Positions 62,426 through 64,000 of a stretch of 64,000 nucleotides of DNA are shown in pieces (position 1 is the first letter of the stretch; each line of letters begins with the position of its first letter). The notes under the pieces were generated by a model. It did not search any database, was not told the origin of the DNA, and saw nothing but the letters and a program-made list of their open reading frames with translations. The DNA is from an uncultured delta proteobacterium (lineage in GTDB: Bacteria > Desulfobacterota > Desulfuromonadia > Desulfuromonadales > JACZKF01), in the NCBI GenBank assembly GCA_963816395.1, contig CAWFKQ010000010.1:28953-92952 (forward strand). Reading direction: 5' to 3'. Both the position numbers and the translations under genes were made by a program.

Positions 62426-64000
62426 ATGACAGAAGCGGATGTCTGTGCCGCACTGCAAAGCCGGCCAGAGGGACTGACCAGGGTGGAGGCGGCGGAGCGC
62501 CTCCGCCGCTTCGGCCCCAACCGCATCGAGAAGATTCGCGGTCGCCCGCCGGGTCTCCGGCTTCTCGCCAATTTCACCCATCTCATGGCCATTCTGCTGT
62601 GGCTCGGAGGGTTCGTCGCCCTGGTGGCCGATCTTCCCCAACTGGCCGTCGCCATCTGGACGGTCAACCTCATCAACGGCATCTTCAGCTCCTGGCAGGA
62701 ATACAAGGCGGAACGAGCCATTGAGGCTTTGCAGCGGCTGCTGCCGGTGTATGCAAGGGTGCTGCGCGACGGGCGGGAAGAGCGGATCGACGTCGGAGAA
62801 CTGGTGCCGGGGGACATTTTGCTCCTCGCTCCCGGCGAGCCGATTTCTGCCGATGGGCGCCTGCTGGAGGTGCACCAGTTGCAGATTGACGAATCGACGC
62901 TGACCGGCGAATCGCGTCCGGTGGGAAAACGATCGGCCCCAACCGTCACCGGCAAGGAACGCTCCACCCGAATCTTCGCCGGGACGTGTGTGGTGGGCGG
63001 CACCGGCAAAGCGGTGGTTTCCGCCACCGGCATGGCGACCGAGTTCGGCAGGATTGCCGCATTGACGCAGGGACTGGGGAAGGAACTCAGTCCACTGCAG
63101 CGGGAAATCAGCCACCTCACCAAGGTGGTAACGGCCGTCGCCGTCAGCGTAGGTCTTCTCTTCTTCTGTCTGGCCACGCTGCTGATCGGCATGGACCTGC
63201 CGCGCAGTTTCATCTTCGGCATGGGGATGATCGTCGCTTTTGTCCCCGAGGGTCTGCTGCCGACGGTGACGTTGTCTCTGGCCATGGGAGTGCAGCGGAT
63301 GGCGCGGCGCCAGGCCTTGGTCAAGCAGCTGTCCTCGGTAGAGACCCTGGGGCGCACCACCATCATCTGCACTGATAAGACCGGTACCCTGACCAAGAAC
63401 GAAATGACCGTGCGGGCGATCTGGAGCGCCGGGAGGCATTATTCGGTCTCGGGAACCGGTTATGACCCTCAGGGACGGATCTACGCCGAGGGACAGCCGA
63501 TTTCCCTACCCTCCGAAGGAGATCTGCGCCCGCTGCTCTTGGTCGCCGCCCTGTGCAACAACGCCCGCCGGCTGCCGCCGACGCCCGACCACTCATTGTG
63601 GCGTGTCACCGGTGATCCCACCGAAGGGGCTCTCCTGGTGGCCGCCATCAAGGGAGGACTCGACTTGGAAAGGGAAGCCCAAAATGCGCCGCGACTCCAG
63701 GAGATCCCCTTCGAGGCGGTTCGTCGACGCATGTGCACGGTCCACCGCTGCGGCCCTGTCCGGCGGACTTTCATGAAAGGTGCCACGCACGAGGTGCTGG
63801 CCCACTGCCGGTATCTCCTCCGGCAGGGGAAGGAGGAAGAGCTTTCCGACGCATCGCGGGCTGCCATCGTTGAGGCGATGGAGGGATACGCCCGGCAGGG
63901 ACTGCGGGTGCTCGCCTTCGCCTGGGGGACTCTCCAGGATGAAACGGGCGGATCATGGGTCGAGGCGGTGGAGAATGACCTGGTTTTTCTCGGGCTGATG
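62426..64000 (+). CDS. Cation-transporting P-type ATPase (type II-like), C-terminal part beyond the window
   Basis: Not in the ORF track (no stop in the window). Continuous frame from ATG 62426: MTEADVCAALQSRPEGLTRVEAAERLRRFGPNRIE..., TGES actuator motif (ESTLTGESRP), PEGLL, phosphorylation site ICTDKTGTLT (63362 onward), TGDPTEGALL. Confidence 0.9.
   Translation, partial: MTEADVCAALQSRPEGLTRVEAAERLRRFGPNRIEKIRGRPPGLRLLANFTHLMAILLWLGGFVALVADLPQLAVAIWTVNLINGIFSSWQEYKAERAIEALQRLLPVYARVLRDGREERIDVGELVPGDILLLAPGEPISADGRLLEVHQLQIDESTLTGESRPVGKRSAPTVTGKERSTRIFAGTCVVGGTGKAVVSATGMATEFGRIAALTQGLGKELSPLQREISHLTKVVTAVAVSVGLLFFCLATLLIGMDLPRSFIFGMGMIVAFVPEGLLPTVTLSLAMGVQRMARRQALVKQLSSVETLGRTTIICTDKTGTLTKNEMTVRAIWSAGRHYSVSGTGYDPQGRIYAEGQPISLPSEGDLRPLLLVAALCNNARRLPPTPDHSLWRVTGDPTEGALLVAAIKGGLDLEREAQNAPRLQEIPFEAVRRRMCTVHRCGPVRRTFMKGATHEVLAHCRYLLRQGKEEELSDASRAAIVEAMEGYARQGLRVLAFAWGTLQDETGGSWVEAVENDLVFLGLM

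Overview
GC-rich, gene-dense chromosomal window. Gene content and order suggest a Desulfuromonadales/Geobacter-like deltaproteobacterium (inference only). Order of features: speD (cut by the window edge, not in the ORF track); a TPP-riboswitch-controlled thiED-thiC operon; alr; a DUF4445 ATPase; purH-purD-purE; system II cytochrome c biogenesis genes resB-ccsA; an NPPY methyltransferase; dciA; DUF3343; ffh-rpsP-KH-rimM-trmD-(PF09936-like)-rplS; rnhB-yraN; nadE; rsmI; acyP-ligA; a CNNM/CorC transporter. A complete dcw cluster follows (mraZ-rsmH-ftsL-ftsI-murE-murF-mraY-murD-ftsW-murG-murC-murB-ddl-ftsQ-ftsA-ftsZ). Next is an accessory-looking block: a small thioredoxin-like protein, a B12-domain radical SAM protein, and an outer-membrane beta-barrel with two lipoprotein multihaem cytochromes. 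The window ends with tpx, tatA, a polar amino-acid ABC transporter, a cNMP-GGDEF cyclase, an OYE flavoenzyme, selA-selB-selD (selD has an in-frame TGA) and an edge-truncated P-type ATPase (also missing from the ORF track). I found no rRNA, tRNA, CRISPR array, transposase or integrase. Four things stand out. (1) Many gene junctions are filled with tandem degenerate heptanucleotide arrays that sometimes run into the 3' ends of genes. (2) The beta-barrel plus two lipoprotein cytochromes form a compact module resembling a porin-cytochrome electron conduit, with non-canonical haem motifs. (3) A 54-bp exact repeat occurs in inverted orientation, once in the murF-mraY spacer and once as the 3' tail of a cytochrome gene. 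(4) About 20 frameshifts interrupt otherwise well-conserved, mostly essential genes. Nearly all behave as single-base insertions and several sit in homopolymer runs, so sequence error is more likely than real gene decay. The many long antisense ORFs in the track are GC-driven shadow ORFs.
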